Below are positions 63,601-64,000 of a DNA stretch of 64,000 nt, piece by piece. Under the pieces are notes generated by a model. That model was not told where the DNA came from. It ran no database searches and saw only the letters and a list, made by a program, of their open reading frames with translations. Position 1 is the stretch's first letter, and every line of letters starts with the position of its first letter. The DNA is from Bugula neritina (taxonomy: Eukaryota; Animalia; Bryozoa), in the NCBI GenBank assembly GCA_964035545.1, contig OZ037771.1, positions 4,227,628 to 4,291,627 of the forward strand. The letters run 5' to 3'. Position numbers and translations under genes: made by a program.

Positions 63601-63851
63601 CTCCTTTCACAATAGCCTGTGCTCTGAAGAGTATGGTGGATGATCTCTTACCCGTATCGTATCTCACAGTGTTGGTCTCAGGGTCCATAGTCTGATACGG
63701 GATGTCGTTCCTATTATATTTATCCAACGTACTGTGGGGGTTCTGCTTGACTATCACCTGAGTCATGTTCTGTCCATTCACCGTTCTCTCCGTCTGCATG
63801 TTCACATGTCTCTCAGGGTTGTCACTTCTCTCCTCTTTGCTCTTTTTCTTA
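60663..63851 (-). CDS. 3' exons of an unidentified gene (Tyr/Pro-rich, cytoplasmic-tail-like), antisense within an ATP11 intron; 5' part outside the window
   Basis: Phase-compatible exons 63851-63652, 63005-62979, 62403-62332, 61911-61790, 61406-61090, 60780-60663. Begins KKKSK and has a long Pro-rich tract. The terminal-exon frame is uncertain (an alternative frame ends at 60610). Confidence 0.7.
63237..63442 (+). mobile_element. tRNA-derived SINE, near full length
   Basis: Box A-like TAGGGGTTAGAGC, box B-like GGTTTGACTC, and a body shared with the 17662, 55820 and 56884 copies. Confidence 0.75.
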
Positions 63852-64000
63852 CTGCAAAATTTGAAGAAAAAACTATTTCAACTAAGCTGTCCTCTCATTG
63901 GCTAAATCCCAAACCATTCGCTGGTGAATTCATCCGAAAAACTGGAAATGATGGTAACGTGGCCGACATTTTATGTAAAAAGAGATTTTCTTCTTTGTAT

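Overview
AT-rich, intron-rich metazoan (invertebrate-like) genomic DNA; the species cannot be fixed from sequence alone. Spliced genes were rebuilt by hand from splice sites, codon phase and recalled homology. In order: the 5' part of a sigma-class GST (-), VPS52 (-, 16 exons, including an AT-AC and a GT-AG U12-type intron and a GC-AG intron) head-to-head with RPS18 (+, hosting a candidate H/ACA snoRNA), an 8-exon Ser/Pro-rich orphan gene (-), PNPLA4-like lipase (-), an uncharacterised 5-exon gene (+), NUP54 (-), and the 5' part of an ATP11-type P4-ATPase (+), whose last visible intron appears to contain an antisense gene. The most striking element is an intact, very young Ty3/Gypsy LTR retrotransposon at 30999-38443 (-). 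It has identical 305-bp LTRs, a CTAT target-site duplication, a tRNA-Leu PBS and a G_UUA_AAC -1 frameshift signal with a GC-rich stem. In the env position it carries a third ORF that looks like a nuclear chromatin regulator rather than an envelope protein: acidic N-terminus, two zinc fingers, a PxVxL HP1-box, a basic NLS-like stretch and a coiled coil. The window also has a tRNA-derived SINE family and several tandem repeats that multiply splice sites.
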